Below are positions 13,288-28,003 of a DNA stretch of 64,000 nt, piece by piece (within the stretch, counting starts at the first letter, position 1; every line of letters starts with the position of its first letter). The DNA comes from the human T2T-CHM13v2.0 reference genome, Homo sapiens. The notes beneath the pieces are model-generated. The model made no database searches and had not been told where the DNA came from. It saw nothing but the letters and a program-made list of their open reading frames with translations. The position numbers were made by a program, and so were the translations under genes. The stretch lies in the NCBI RefSeq assembly GCF_009914755.1, contig NC_060928.1; one strand, given 5' to 3'.

Positions 13288-13937
13288 CAGTTCAGACATA
13301 GGTCAATTTCAGGTTCTATCACTAAGTAGCATATGACTGTGACTTTGACTGAGACCTGCTACAACCTCTCATCTGTAAAATATATTTAATAATATCAACC
13401 TTACAGGAATGTTGTAAAGATTAAAGATAATATAGACCAATTGCTCAATAAAGATGACTTGAGTAAATGAGTGCTGAGAGTGCCCTGGAATTGCAAGAAA
13501 AGTCCCCAAAAGGGTGGAATCGAAGGAGCAGCTATCAGGATGGGAGAGATTAGGGAAGGAGAGGTTTGGAGAGTCAACTGCATTTCTTTGGCTTATTCAT
13601 GTAAGGTAACTGGTATGGACTGGATAACCTTTTGTTTAAAAAGAATCCTGAAACCAGTGTATGACCAGCTGACAAGATACTTCCTTTTCTTTCAGATTAG
13701 TACCTCTACAAATTCTTATTGTAATGCAAGCGAGTAAACTCAAGAGAGAATATGTGAAAATGCAAAAGGAAAACCAACCTCAGCCAACCCCCAGCCATCT
13801 AATGGCCCTGTGAGAACTTCAGCACAAAGAGAATAAATCACATTTGTTCCCACTGCACACAAAGATTGATGGTAAAAAGAATCCTACCACAGAACTCATT
13901 TATATTATAGAAGAAACTGTAATGTCAAAACTCATCC

Positions 13938-14232
13938 TGGGGCAAAGCACAGTAATCCAAGCACTTTAGGAGGCCGAGGTGGTAGGATCAGTTGAGCCCA
14001 AGAGTTCAAGACCAGCCTGGGCAACATGGTGAAACCCCGTCTCTACAAAAAAAAAATACAAAAAATTAGCCGGACATGGTGAAGTGCACCTGTAGTCTCA
14101 GCTACACAGGAGGCTTGGGTGGGAGGATCACCTAAGCCTGGGAAGTTAAGGCTGCGGTGAGCCATGATCACCCCACTGCAGTCCAGCCTGGGCAACAGAA
14201 TAAGAGTCTGCCTCAAAAAAATAAAAATAAAT
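13938..14232 (+). mobile_element. Alu (AluJ-like)
   Basis: gtaatccaagcactttaggaggccgagg...gcctcaaaaaaataaaaataaata. Confidence 0.92.
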
Positions 14233-14380
14233 AACTTTCATCTGAAGTCTGAAAGTAGATATCATTTTGTGTTTAACATAGAGAGAGGTACTGAATAGAA
14301 AACAAAGTTGTTCTGCTTTAGAAATGGGACTAAAATTTGGGGATTGGGGGGTAAAACAAAAGAGGAGAAGACTTGGAAGC

Positions 14381-14787
14381 TGTTATGGGCTGAATTGTGT
14401 GTCTCCCAAAATTCATAGATTGAAGCCTTAACCTCCAGAATCTCATAATGTGACTATAATTTGAGATAGGGTCTTGAAAGAGGTAATTAAGCTTAAATGA
14501 GGTCACTTAAATGAGGGTGGCCCTAATCCAATCTGATTATGTCCTTGTAAGAAGAGATTAGGACACACAGACCCTAGGGATGTGTGTGCACAGTGGAAGG
14601 GCCAGGTGAGGGTGCAGAAAAAGGGCAGCCACTTGCAAGCCAAAGAGAGAGGCCTCAGGAGAAATCGAACCTGCCTACACCTTGATCTTCGACTCTAGTT
14701 CCAGAACTGTAAGAAAATATGTTTCTGTTGTTTCACAGAATACACCCAGTCTGCGTCCTTTGGTGTAGCAGCTCTAGCAGACTAATA
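14381..14787 (+). mobile_element. MaLR LTR (MLT1B-like)
   Basis: tgttatgggctgaattgtgtg...gcagctctagcagactaatac. Confidence 0.85.
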
Positions 14788-15336
14788 CTGGAGATGACAG
14801 GGAAAGGACGTGAGCAGGAGTGGGCAATGCAGTGACCAAGAGTGAAAGCAAACAAGTCTAAGGAGAGACAGCCAGTAAGAAATGGTGGATAGATGGCCAA
14901 TGGAGGCCACGGTAGAACCATGATGACTATTATTAAATTTTAACCTTTGGCTGGTAGTCAGTAATACTGTAATTCTACTGTACAACTCCAAAGCTTCAGT
15001 AATAGGATGCTATATATAAATATCTTGTGGGGGTTTGTGTGTTTGTTGTTGTTGTTGTTTTAGTCAATGAAGGAATCAAGGCATTGTCTAGAGGGGGGCA
15101 AAATGATTTAGAAAAAAGACTGCAGTTGCAAGAAGTGAGAGGGAAGTGAAAACTAAAACTTCAACAGCTACAGATACCAGAGCAAGAGGAGACTGTGGAG
15201 ACCTAAGTTATCCAGGCAGCTGCTCCTGGGACCACTGGTGCAACTGGACAGCATGGAATGAATGCCCTGAGAGATGCTTGGTTTCTGCCTCGAAGGGCCC
15301 AGAGGGATTTTGGCATGCCTGGAAAGTGAATCTTAA

Positions 15337-15622
15337 TTTAATTTTTAATTTTTTTAATTTTTAATTTTTTGAGACAAGGGTCTCGCTCTGTTGCCCAGGC
15401 TGGAGTGCCAGTGTTGCGATCGTGGCTCACTGCAGCCCCAATCCCCTGGACCTAAGTGATCCTCCCACCTCAGCCTCCCAAGTAGCTGGTACTATAGGCA
15501 AGCACCACCACACCCCGCTAATTTTTTGGTAGCAATGGGGTTTCACCATGTTGCCCAGGCTGGTCTCAAATTCCTCAAGTGATCTGCCTGCCTCAGCCTC
15601 CCACAGCAATGGGATTACAGGC
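15337..15622 (-). mobile_element. Alu (AluJ-like)
   Basis: Flanked by repeated gaaagtgaatcttaa (TSD). Confidence 0.92.
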
Positions 15623-16886
15623 AGAAAGTGAATCTTAAGTAGATAAGAAGAAAGGAAAATGTTTAATACATAGTTGTCATTTGGTGTACTACTTTACACT
15701 GAATCTCACATTAAAGTAAGACAATTAAATGTATCCACTGTGACTGAGCTCAGATTCCTTCTGAAAAGGTTCAGTGTAGCAGACAGTTAATGTTTGTCAG
15801 ATTTAACATTAGCAGAAAATAGGAGTTTAGATGCTATATGTTAAATCTGTGCTCTCAAATTTAACAGGTGATAACCCTGATTAGACTTAGTGTCTCAATA
15901 CTCATCGTTGCCTTGATATATTGCCATGTGATGAATAATAAATACGCTGATACATGATCAGTAATAAATACCTTGGCACATTAATGTGAAACATACTAGA
16001 AAGAATGAAAATGGACTGAAAAAATTCTTTCTTTGACATCCTAAATACTTCATTACCTCTAAAGCACATGTAACCGTCTTAACTAACATGCAAAACAAAT
16101 TACTGTGGAACGGGGCTACTTATTTTAACATTTCACTTTATTTTTTCAGCCAGCTAAAGAGGGATCTCTATGTAAGAAGAATAGAATTTTCCATCTAGTG
16201 AAGAGATTTTGAAGAATGATTTTTTTAAATTATTGAATTTGTAGTAATTATTATTCCAAACAACTGACTTTTGAGGGCTCAAATACTGATCTTTCTATAA
16301 TTGTAGTCTCGTCAGCTTCAGTTAGGTTCTCCAGTGTAATTCCTGACTTCTAAGATTGGGATTTGAATTATGCAATTTTTATCAATTCAGCAAAATGTAC
16401 ACATGTGCTGTGGTGAGGGTTTCATCTTTCTGAGGTTATGCTTATGGGCAGGGGAGAAAAAAAGATCTCCAATGGATAAACTGTCATTATAGCTTGGTCA
16501 TAGTGGACTTTCCTAGACTTCTTTTTTACTACTTAAACAGGAAGCTAAAGAGACAAGAACTTTCTTCACAAACCTGACTTCACATATTTTTTTAAAACTG
16601 CATAAACCAGAGCCAAAAATAACTGCCTGATAACTTCTTCTTTAACTCCAAGTTACTTTCCAAATTATACCTTTTTATAACAGGAAACAAACTATGTTGA
16701 TTGTATTTTGTACAGGAGTGTGCTTTCCATGATTTTCTAAAATAGACTAAAATAGAAATTTTCATAACAGCCTAATCTGAACATAAGTATTTTGCTATTT
16801 AACACTATGAACACAATAAGCTATTGTAATACATTTATTATAACATAATGTTGTATCATATATATGTGGTGTGTGTACATGTACAT

Positions 16887-16907
16887 AGAGAGAGAGAGAG
16901 AGAGCAA

Positions 16908-16941
<34 letters not shown>

Positions 16942-17212
16942 TCTCTGTCACCCAGGCTGGAGTGCAGTGGCGAGATCTCGGCTCACTGCAGCCTTGACAT
17001 CTCAGGATTCAAGTGGTCCTCCCACCTCAGCCTCCTGAGTAGCTGGGAATTCAGGCCTGTGCCACCATGCTTGACTAAGGGTTTTTGTATTTTTTGTAGA
17101 GACATAGTCTCGCTTTGTTGCCCAGGCTGGTGTTAAACTCCTGGGTTCAAGCAATTCTCCCACCTCGGCCTCCCAAAGTATAAGGATTACAGGCGTGAGC
17201 CACGGCACCCAG
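16887..17212 (-). mobile_element. Alu whose tail has decayed to (AG)n/(AT)n microsatellite
   Basis: (AG)n-(AT)n-(AG)n 16887-16941 followed by antisense Alu body. Confidence 0.92.
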
Positions 17213-20200
17213 CTGTGTTATATATTTAGTTGTCAGCTTTTTTACAATCAGCTTTCATGCTAGAATTCAAACTCTGAAGGCAGGGGCTTTGTTTGGTTTC
17301 ACCGCAGTTTCATTAACTGAATGAGTGAATTTCTGATTGTTACCTGCACATACTTACGTATCATGTTTCTTTTGTGCTGTAAAAATAACTAAATTAATTA
17401 CATCATAATATGAAGATGGAAAATACAACATTCCTGCTGTTTCATAATTACAAACCTTAACAGAATTAATCCAAAAAAATTGTATTACTCCTTTAAGCAA
17501 TACATTTCTTACTTACTGTTTCTCTAGTTTTGGATTCTATGATTTTCAAATACAAAGGAAAATAAATGGAAGAAATAATAATAAAGCTACTTGGTAAGTT
17601 CATAATTTCCCCATGGTGATGGGATAACAAAAAGGGTGCATTTTTCAAAAATGAGGAATTATCTTGTATTGGGTTTTATGTATGTTTTTAAATTGAAATG
17701 CATTTATGAACTTTCATATGTATTGTGAACAAAACCAAAATTTAAGTAGAAATATCTTTAATTGGCAATACATTTTATAATTTAAGCTTTTCAGTGGTCA
17801 GTAATTAAGTAAGAAACAGTTTTTATATTTTCTGCATTGGACAAAGTATGCTAAATGATAAGAGTAAATCTACTGTGTCTGGTCAAGCAATATATTCCAG
17901 GGAAAAAAAAAGGTACTTTTTAAAACCATTTTGACCAATGAAATTAGATGTAGTAGTCAGGCTCTTTTCTCCTCAGGAATGTTCACCAACTTCGAGTCAA
18001 ACCTGCCTGCATTCAGCTCCTCAAGTACACACCCCAGGTCTTTTATTTTCTTGCACATTGTGCACATACTGTTCTCTCTCTTCTGGAACATTCTTTTTCT
18101 TGCTTTTGTAGCAAACTCCCCTGAATTTTTTATGTCCCAGCTTATATGCATCCCCTCAGAGAGGCCTTCCTTGACCACACTATCTAAATAATCTAAGTAA
18201 TTCATTTGTAACTATTGAACCTAATTGTTTATTTGGATTTCTTTGTATTATTTTTTTTCCTCTCCTCCCTCTCCCCATCCAACTGAAAGGAAGAACAGAT
18301 GTTATTTCCCATGAAAAGGAGCATATTTCAAGCTTTATGGTAATTTAGAGGAGAAAGATAATACTTCTTTTGGGATGGCCAGGTAGGTTTTGCAGGACAC
18401 ATGCTGTTTCCTTCCACCACAATGGAATAAATAACATTCCTTCTCATGGATGCTAGCTCATACAACTAGTGTGACCACTGAGGGAAAAGGGAATAGTTAC
18501 CCATTGATTCCAGCTTCCTTTCCTCTATCAGCTGTGTGCAATTGCTGCCCATTTGTCAAAATTTCCTGCTTTCACTATGTTCATGTTTTCCTCTCCTTTG
18601 CTCATAAACTTGTGAACTCCCTAAAAGTTGTGATTAATAACATTTACCTTAGCTACTCTGAGTATTTGTAGAATACTCCCTTTGAGTATTTGTAGGATGG
18701 TGGAGAGTCTCATGGTAGGAGGGAGTCCAAGGTCAGTGATGTGGTAGCATTTCACTGGCTACATAAACAAAACCAGAAGAAAGACAGAGATTTGGGCTTT
18801 GGAGACCCCACAGCAACCCACCTCCCTTCGGGCCCAAGCCCATGATGGCCATTCACTCTCATTACTCTCACTTGCAACCTGTGTGTTTATTTCTAGTTCT
18901 ATAAATGTTGCTCTATAATTGTCTTTAATAAATGCTCTGTCACACTTGAGCAGGTGAGGGCATTAAACTAGCCAAAGGCCAGAGCTGTCTCCAAATTCTG
19001 GGGAGAAGGGGTTAGTGTCAAAACACAGCCTGTGTTTGGAATAAATTGTCATGGGTGTATCAGTGGGTTTGCTTTGAAGACGTAAAAGGAAAATGTGCGG
19101 CTGTTTCATGCTTCTTAGCTCAAAATCACAGTGATATACTTCTTATGTTTTCCAAGAAGAATCACATGACCAGCCTCACATTGGCATGCAAACTCATTTC
19201 CAGCCACATGAATCAAGCGAGATGGGAACACCAATGCATTTGAGTCAACAAAGGTTAACTTTGTTCTGGAGGGAAAAAGTGTTATCATAAATTCCCTGAA
19301 AGTGTGTACATGATTATTTACCATTTCCTAAACCTGAATACATTTATAAATAGTGCCATTTAGCTATTTTCAATTAAGTCTTTTGTTTCCAGAATTCTTA
19401 TAGGGGAAATCCTGCATGGACCTTACCAGCTATCAAAGTCATTATAGCAGAGCTTACAGCCTGCTACAAAATTGGTGTCCCAACAATGACAAAATGGACG
19501 TCCCCTCAAAAATGCAACTGGCAGCCTTTTTTGCTGGGTTGATATTTGTTAATGCAAAGATTGGCACCACTATTCATTGGAGGGAAGCAAGGGAGAGACA
19601 TAGAGACAGAGACAAACAAGGAAACAAAGTTTCTATCAATTGTTTTCTATCTAAACTATTTTTAAAAGTTGCATTTGCACTTCTCATGGAAAAGATGATG
19701 TAGCATAATTAGCACATGTGCTTATTTCCCTAAACAGCTCATAATTTTCCATCTGCAGAAAAATGTCATTTGACTTCAGTAAGCTGAAAACACTCAGGAA
19801 ACAAAGGGAACATAAGCTGAACGTTGACCACAGTTTTAGATTTGATATATCCCAATATATTGCCCATCTAAATGCAGTAACTTTAGTTTGTTGCAGATTC
19901 CCAAGTCCCAGTTATTCTGCATTCTCTGCTATTATAACATACAGTAGCATTTCTCATCACGTATGTGCAGATTGTGCCCAATTAAAAGAGTTTTATTTGT
20001 AAATGTTTTTCTATTGCTGCCAATTTGTCAAATTTCCTAGCTATAACTGGTTTTCTCTTCCTTGCTTGTAAGATGGAACACCTGATAAACTAACATGATT
20101 TCCTACATTTAATGTCATATATAACTTTATGCATATATCTAAAATGTATTTCCAATGCTTTGAATTTAGCACAAACTCTGGAATCTCAGGCATTGCTTCT

Positions 20201-20480
20201 GAGAGATAACATTCAACTTTCAGTGAGGCCTTACTAAGTTCCAGGCACTTGGAACTAAGTAATCTTTGTATGTGTGAGCTCATTTAATCTTTACAACAAC
20301 ATTCTAGAGGAGGTGCTGTTTCTGTCCCTATGTACAGAAAGGCCCAGAGAGGTTACAGAGGCCCAGAGAAAGTAAACAGCTTGCTCGAGGTGCCTCAGTT
20401 AGGAAGTGACCAATGCAACATTCGAACTAAGGCAGCCTGACCACAAATCCCTTGCTCCTAATGGTAATGCTATAATATAA

Positions 20481-21030
<550 letters not shown>

Positions 21031-21864
21031 CAGCCTCCATAACTGTAAGAAATAAATTCCTTTTCTTTATAAATTTTCCAGTTTCCGGTATTTTGTTATA
21101 AGCAACAGAAATGGACTAAGACATTAGTACATTCCCATTTTCTCTTCCACTTTTCTGTGGCTACACACAGTCATCCTTTCCCATCAGAGAGCTACTACTC
21201 AATCAAAAAAGTAGAAATTTTAGAACTCATGTAGTAGCTGGTCAGTCATCCAGTGATATTACATCATGGGGATAAGCTTCAAGGAATAGTGTGTTTAAAA
21301 TTGCAAAAGAAAATATATTAAATTAATGTGCAAAGGACCTTGACACAAATGCTCCATGCTTTGGGACATTTATTGAAATTTAGTTGCAGACTATTTCCTT
21401 ATTGAGTTTTGCTTTTCTGCTTTCCTGGAATATAGTCATAAAGCCAAATTTGACAAACTTACACTGGTAAATCACATTCTGCCAAATTACATTATTTCTT
21501 TATACTCCCACAGAGATGTTTAATGACTATTTAGAAGAACAGAAAAGATGATGAAGACTCAAAAAAAATGTAATGTTCAACTTTTATAAAGTATTGTAAA
21601 ATAATTTCTCAGTTTCAAAAATATTCTTACCTTAAGCACTCATTATATCTTATTTAAAAAAAAATTCTAGGATGTGTTAAAAACCACCCCCAAAACAGTA
21701 AAGTTTATAAGCTAATAGACATTCACAGCAACTTGCTCTCTTCTTATCCAATTGATACTTTCTTATCTTTAGTCAAAACAATGAACATTTATAACAACTT
21801 GGTCTGTTTTTACTAAATTTGGCACTTTCTTACCTTTAGTCATTCCCTTAAAAACTCCTATAAC

Positions 21865-22602
21865 AGGGTTCTCTGTCTATGGAGTAGCCATTCTTTTATT
21901 CCTTTACTTCCTTAATAAACTCACTTTCACTCTACGGACTTGCTCTGAATTATTTCTTGCATGACGTACAAGAACCCTCTCTTGGGGTCTGGATCCAGAT
22001 CCCTTTCTGGTAACATCTTTCTGGTGACCACGGAAGGTACTATAGTGAGGAAACCCCCAACTCAAAGGCTACCTTTGGGTAAGTGATGGAGTCCAGTAGC
22101 ATCTTCCTGGCAAACCCTGAAGGGACAATATTGAAGATACCCCGACCCAAGGGAAAATCATCTGTGTGTACCAATTGGCTGACTTTGGGTAAGTAGGGTG
22201 CATATACCTGGGTAAAGGATGGAATTGGGTTAGAGGCCCAATTTAGGGGAGTTACAGTCTCTCCTAAAACAGGGTGGGTAAAAGGCTCTTCTTAAGAAAA
22301 TGCAAGGATGCTTGACCAAACTTGGGTCTGAGGCCCAATTTAGGAAGGTTAGAGTCCTTCCTAAGATTTAGGGAGTTAGAGTCCCCTCTCAGTAAAGTCC
22401 CTGTGGCTAAGAATGGGTTTGGCACTATGGGATGTTAACTACTATCCTCTTTGGATTAATCTGCCTTGCACTCTTTGCTGATCGCTATGGGTAACAGAAT
22501 TAGGCATGTACAGGACCATGGGACATGAGGAGCTTTCTCCTCCCCAAAAGGGGAAACTTGAGAGCTGATGGGTCTGCTGGAAAAGATCCCTTCACTACCG
22601 AC
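21865..22602 (+). mobile_element. ERV1 relic: 3' part of a MER41-like LTR (to 22015), PBS and start of internal sequence
   Basis: ctatggagtagccattcttttattcctttacttccttaataaac...gaaccctctcttggggtctggatc...ggtaaca, then TGGTGACCACGGAAGG (tRNA-Arg-type PBS, 22022). Confidence 0.8.
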
Positions 22603-22647
22603 AGGTGGGAAATGCCATATTTTCCTTTGCTAAATCTGGCATCCCTA

Positions 22648-23046
22648 TTGTCTAAGTCCATTTGTGCTGCTATAACAAAATTCCTAAAACTGGATAATTT
22701 ATAAAGAACAGACATTTATTTATCAAAGTTCTGGAGGCTGGGAAGTCCAAGATGAAGGCACTGGCAGGTTTGGTTGTCTGGTGAGGGCTTCTCTCTGTTT
22801 CCAAGATGGTGCCTTGTTGCTGTATCTTCCAGAGGACAGAAATGCTGTGTTCTCACTTGGTATAAGGGAGAAGGGCACAAGAGGGGCAAAATTCTGTCAA
22901 ACTCTTTGATAAGGACACTTAATCCCACTTATATGAGGGCGGACTCCTCATGACTCAATCACCTAAAGGCCACAGCTCCCAATACTGTTGAACTGGGGAT
23001 AAATTTCAGCATGAGTATTGTAGGAGACAAACACATTCAAACCATA
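22648..23046 (-). mobile_element. MaLR LTR (MLT1A/MSTD-like)
   Basis: tgtctaagtccatttgtgctgctataacaaaat...acacattcaaaccatag. Confidence 0.85.
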
Positions 23047-23675
23047 GTACTTACCATAGGGTTAAATATAAATTTCTGTTTTATCATGGGTTAAAAAATG
23101 TCTTGGTGATCAGACATATTGAATGGTGATGGCCACCCAATAAGATGTGCTCGGTATCAGTGGAGAAACTAGTATTTATCATTCTTATAAATAATCTTTT
23201 AAACTTTTTAATAAATTATTTGAATAAAACAATTTGGTTTAAAAATAAATAACTTGGATAGAAAAATCTTGGCTGTTCAGGCAAACCATCTTCTGAGACC
23301 TGGTCCTGCAATTAAGTAAGTATATGCCATTGAAAAACCATTTATCCTCTACAACTTTGTATTAATAAAATGACCATAATTCCTTTCTTATTGTGTTGAG
23401 AAGAGGTAGATTCAATTGTGAAAGTTTCTTTATACCCATTCGTCTCTCACTCTGCTCCATAGGCATAATCATTGCTGACCATTGGATGTGTAGCATTCTC
23501 ACCATTTTGTGTACATTTTTATATGTGTGTGTATGTGCACATGTTCTTTTTTATTTACAAAAATTGAGTCATATTTTACATATTGTACTGAGACTTGCAT
23601 TTTCATTTAAAAGTCTTGGATATCTAAAAGCACTTTTATTTATTTAATTTTACTAAATAGGTAATACATATTCTT

Positions 23676-24231
23676 TGTGCTGGGCTGAGTCTAAAATAGC
23701 CCACCGTGATCCCCAATTTGTGGTATTCATGCCCCCATGTAATTCGCTCCCCTTGAGTGTGGGATGGCCTAACAACTTGTTCTAAGGAATCTAATATGGC
23801 AAAAATAATGGGATGACATTTTCATGATTAGGTAACACAAAATTTTGACTTCTGTTTTGCAAGCAGACTCCTCTATTGCCTTCTCAGCTTGTGTGCTTTG
23901 ATAAAGCGAGTTGTCATGTCGGAGAAGTAGGGATGCCTCCAGCAAACAGATAAGTGGGAACTGAGGCCCTCAGTCCAATAGTCCTCAAGGAACTGAATCC
24001 TGCCAACAACTATGTAAGCTTGGAAGCAGATCCTTCCACAACCAAGCCTTTGAATGAGACTGAACCCTGACTGACACTTTAATACCAGCTTCGTGAGACA
24101 CTCTGATACAGAGAACGTAGTTAAGCTGTGCCTGCATTCCTGACCCACAGAAACTCTGAGATAATATATGTGTGTTGCTTTAATCTGTTAAACTGGTGGT
24201 AATTTGCTACTCAGCAATAGGTAGCTAATGC
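23676..24231 (+). mobile_element. MaLR LTR (MLT1E/F-like)
   Basis: ctccccttgagtgtggg...gaactgaatcctgccaacaac...cagcaataggtagctaatgca. Confidence 0.85.
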
Positions 24232-24485
24232 ACACATTATACAAAATTTAAAAGCTATAAAAATTATTTCTCTGAAAATTTGTTTCCCTCCCATTCTTTC
24301 CTCTAGCCAATCAGATCCCTTTCCCAGAAGCAAACACAGTTACAAGCATCAATTTAGACAGTCAATCTGAAAGTACTTCAAATTTTTAAAGGACCATGCA
24401 TATTAAAGATACTGATATTATTCTTATTACAATTCAAAGATTTACAAATGATTCTAAGATCTTTGATTAGTGAAAGTGAGAACAT

Positions 24486-24699
24486 GAGACCAGCCTGGGC
24501 AACATAGTCAGACCTCATCTCTACCAAAAAAAAAAAAAAATTAGCTGGGCAAGGTGGCACATGGCCTGTAGTTCCAGCTACTCAGGTAGCTGAGGTGGGA
24601 GAATCTCTTGAGCCTAGGAGGTCAAGGCAGCAGTGAGTCATGACTGGGCCACTGCACTCCAGCCTGGATGACTAAGCAAGACCGTGTCTCAAAAAAAAA
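24486..24699 (+). mobile_element. 5'-truncated Alu
   Basis: gagaccagcctgggcaacatag...; TSD-like gaaagtgaga/gaaagtgagg. Confidence 0.9.
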
Positions 24700-25194
24700 T
24701 TTTTTTTTTAAAGAAAGTGAGGACAACAGGGATAACTACAGAACTATCCATAAGAGACTGTAAAGAAAAGGCAAAAAAATTAACAGGTAAGTAAAAGACA
24801 AGTGTCAGATAAGTTACATGTCAAATGCAAGTAGGATTATTTATACCTGGTACAAACTCAAAGTACAAGATTTTGTAAAAGGAACTGTTACTTATTACCA
24901 GAAAGGGATCAAAAGATCATTAAATACTTATCCCTAATATCATTGATTCAGTGACCCATGCCGACCATAACGCAAGGCATTATCAGGATGCATGAAAACA
25001 AAAGAGAAAGCATTGTATTGAATGGTTCAGAGCTATGCTCATGCATCTGACACAGTATATCGAACACAGTCCATTGCACCTCAAAACTGACTTGATGTAA
25101 CTAGAAATGACAGGGTAGGGATGAGGGTGAAGGATTCACTCATATACTTGAGCTAAAGAATAGACTAAAATTAAAAAGATATTTCATCTGGAAT

Positions 25195-25408
25195 AGAGGT
25201 GAGCAAACTTTTTCTGTCAGAGAGCAAATATTTTAGGCTTTGCAGGCCATATGGTCTCTATCACAACTATGCAACTTTACTGTTACAGCACTAAAGCTAC
25301 AACATAAATGACGCGTAAATGAATGGGTATGGCCATGTTCCAATAAAACTTCATTTACAAAAATAATCTATGAATGGATTTGGGCAAAGGGCTTTTGAAC
25401 TCCTGATC
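25195..25408. mobile_element. MER58A-like hAT-Charlie DNA transposon
   Basis: gaggtgagcaaactttttctgt...ttttaggctttgcaggccata...gttccaataaaacttcatttacaaaaa. Confidence 0.8.
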
Positions 25409-27155
25409 TAGAAAGATAAAGACAAATGATGCAAGCAGCTGAAGTCTTCTAGTTTCATCTGATTAGAAGCTTGAACACATCAGAAAAGAGCCAGCTGCCA
25501 AGAAGAAACCCACCTCCCCACCTCATAATGTCAATTCCAGTACTGCTTTCTGAATACATGGAATTGACTGTCATTGAGGGCATCTTTTTTTATTTGAACT
25601 AAATCTGCTCTAATCTTCATTCCTTGTGATTTTCTGCACTTTTAGAATTTAAGTTGTCTTAGAGCTGAAATGAAGCCACAAGTCAAGAACCATCCCCTTT
25701 TTTCTCAATGCCCTGCCTTCCTACCATCTCTCTTCCAGCTGGGAGAGTCTAGGACTGGAATCATAGTGCTAGATAGGAAATACTATTTTTAATAGAGGTC
25801 TCATTTTTATCTTTTAGGATTCTTATCACCCTTTTTTTTCAAAAATGCATTTTGGTTAACTGCATGGATACATACAATGTGTATTTTTAAACCATAACTG
25901 AAATTGATATTTTTATTTTGTTGTTTCAAAGCAACTAAAATTAACATTTACATGCCAATGTACAGAACTAAATGTTTTATATTTTGTGCAATATTTACTC
26001 CAACACTTAGCTTTCTTTTAGAATTCTTTCTGAATTCTTAGCTTTCTTTTAGTAAATTCCTCAACTGTTTACTCTATACTTTTATGTTTCATAAATTTTT
26101 GTTAAAAAAAAAAAACACTCAAATCCTGTGTGTGAAAGAAAGATCTACACACAACCATGTACCCGCTCAAACCTGGTACTATAGGATAAAAGTTTAATTG
26201 ATCTTATTTCCTAATCCTAATCTGCCTGTCCACCTGGTTAACACTCAGGCTAGAAGATAGGACCACAAAAAATAAGTCAGCTGCCAATTTTATAAAACTG
26301 CTGTGGAAGTAAAACATGTTTTAGAAAAATAGATTTACTGTATGTAGGATTTCTATCCTTCTTAAAAAGTAAAATTTTTATACTCATTTATATTCTAGTC
26401 AGCGATTACAAAATGTTTGTAATCTTTGTAATCATCATCTTTATAATCTTTGTAATGAAACTCTGTCACCCTTTTCCTTCTAAATTCAGAATAACATCAT
26501 CTCTACGATAAACCGGGTTCCTAAGAGACCAAGCTTGATGAAACAACATGTATGTTTTCAATCTTACTAGAGGTTAAGACACCACAATTTCACTTGTGTC
26601 TGAACCAACTCCTCGTAAACAAAAATAAAGCTGAAACCCCAGTCTGAGATGCTTTGGCACTGTCTAAAAACAGAAAAAGGCCACTTTACTGATCCCAGCC
26701 TCCACTTCCTCCCCAACCCAGACAAATGGGTGTACCCACTCTGCTGATATGTCACACATAACCTCTTTTGCTACTTCACTAAGAACTCTGGCTAACCCCT
26801 TAGCCCAGCTATGACCCACAGACCAAAAGACCACCAAAGGTTTAGGAATATCAGTGAAATAAATATACAGGAAAGGGTCAAAGCTTCAGCTCCCAACAAT
26901 AAACAGTTTCTGACATAAGCTACTGTTTCCTTTAATTATGGTCATCTCCATATGAGGATGGTAGAGTGCTTTAAAATTCTTCAGGTTTCCTAGAATTTAC
27001 CTCCCACACAATATTTGATCTGGTGAGAGGCAACTAAGACTAAAATTAATCTGTGAACACATCCTTACTAGTAAACGGAAGTCATTCAAAACCTTCAGAG
27101 AACATGACTTTAAGTTCTCAAATATAACTAGATGGGTTGATTTTAACTTGATCTC

Positions 27156-27156
<1 letters not shown>

Positions 27157-27194
<38 letters not shown>

Positions 27195-27299
27195 TTTTCA
27201 TAGAGACAGGGTTTTTGCCATGTTGACCAGGCTGGTCTTGAACTCCTAAGCACAAGCAATCAAAGTGCTGGGATTACAGACTTGAGGACCAAGCCTGGA
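27157..27299 (-). mobile_element. Alu monomer (FLAM-like) with (TTTA)n tail
   Basis: (TTTA)~10; TSD tttaacttgatctct on both sides. Confidence 0.9.
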
Positions 27300-28003
27300 C
27301 AATTTAACTTGATCTCTAACTGCCACTGGCTACTTGTTAGAAGGTCAAAAAGCAAAAGGTATCCAAAAAACAGGTGGCCTAACTAAGAAGTAAAAGCAAA
27401 TGATGCTGTGTGAACGATTCAGAAGTTGCGAGATGAATTTATCATTTAGTGGAAGGCAGCTGTAGCCTCTTTCTTCTCAGAAATAAGCCAACTTAACAAT
27501 ATTTAATTATGTGGTATAGGCAAGATAAAATTCAGGTTCCCAGATTCCCAACATGGGACACTATCCACTAAAACCTATACCACAGCTGATTCTCTTCTTG
27601 CAAAAGTGGGAAAAACAAAAACAGAGGATCAAGAGAAGCCCGCTATCCTAATCACTTATCTACTGATATTGCATACCATCTCCTTGTGGAAAAAATTAGT
27701 CACATACTTATTGTATAAAATAATCAACTTCAATTTTAACATATTAGTAACCTCGCATGAACTTATTCTGGCTTTTAGAAATGGGGGAGCAAAAATTAAT
27801 AGAAAATAGATACATATAAAGTTATAGCACCATAACTTAAATTCCGTTTCATGAGTCTAGTGACCTGGAACACAGACGATAAAATCCAAAAGCTATGAAC
27901 TGAGCAATATTATGCATATGGCATTGTGTTAATTAAGGTAACATCTGCTATCGTAACAGATGTCAGGCACTAAAGGCAATAGAAACTTATTTCTCATTCA
28001 TAC

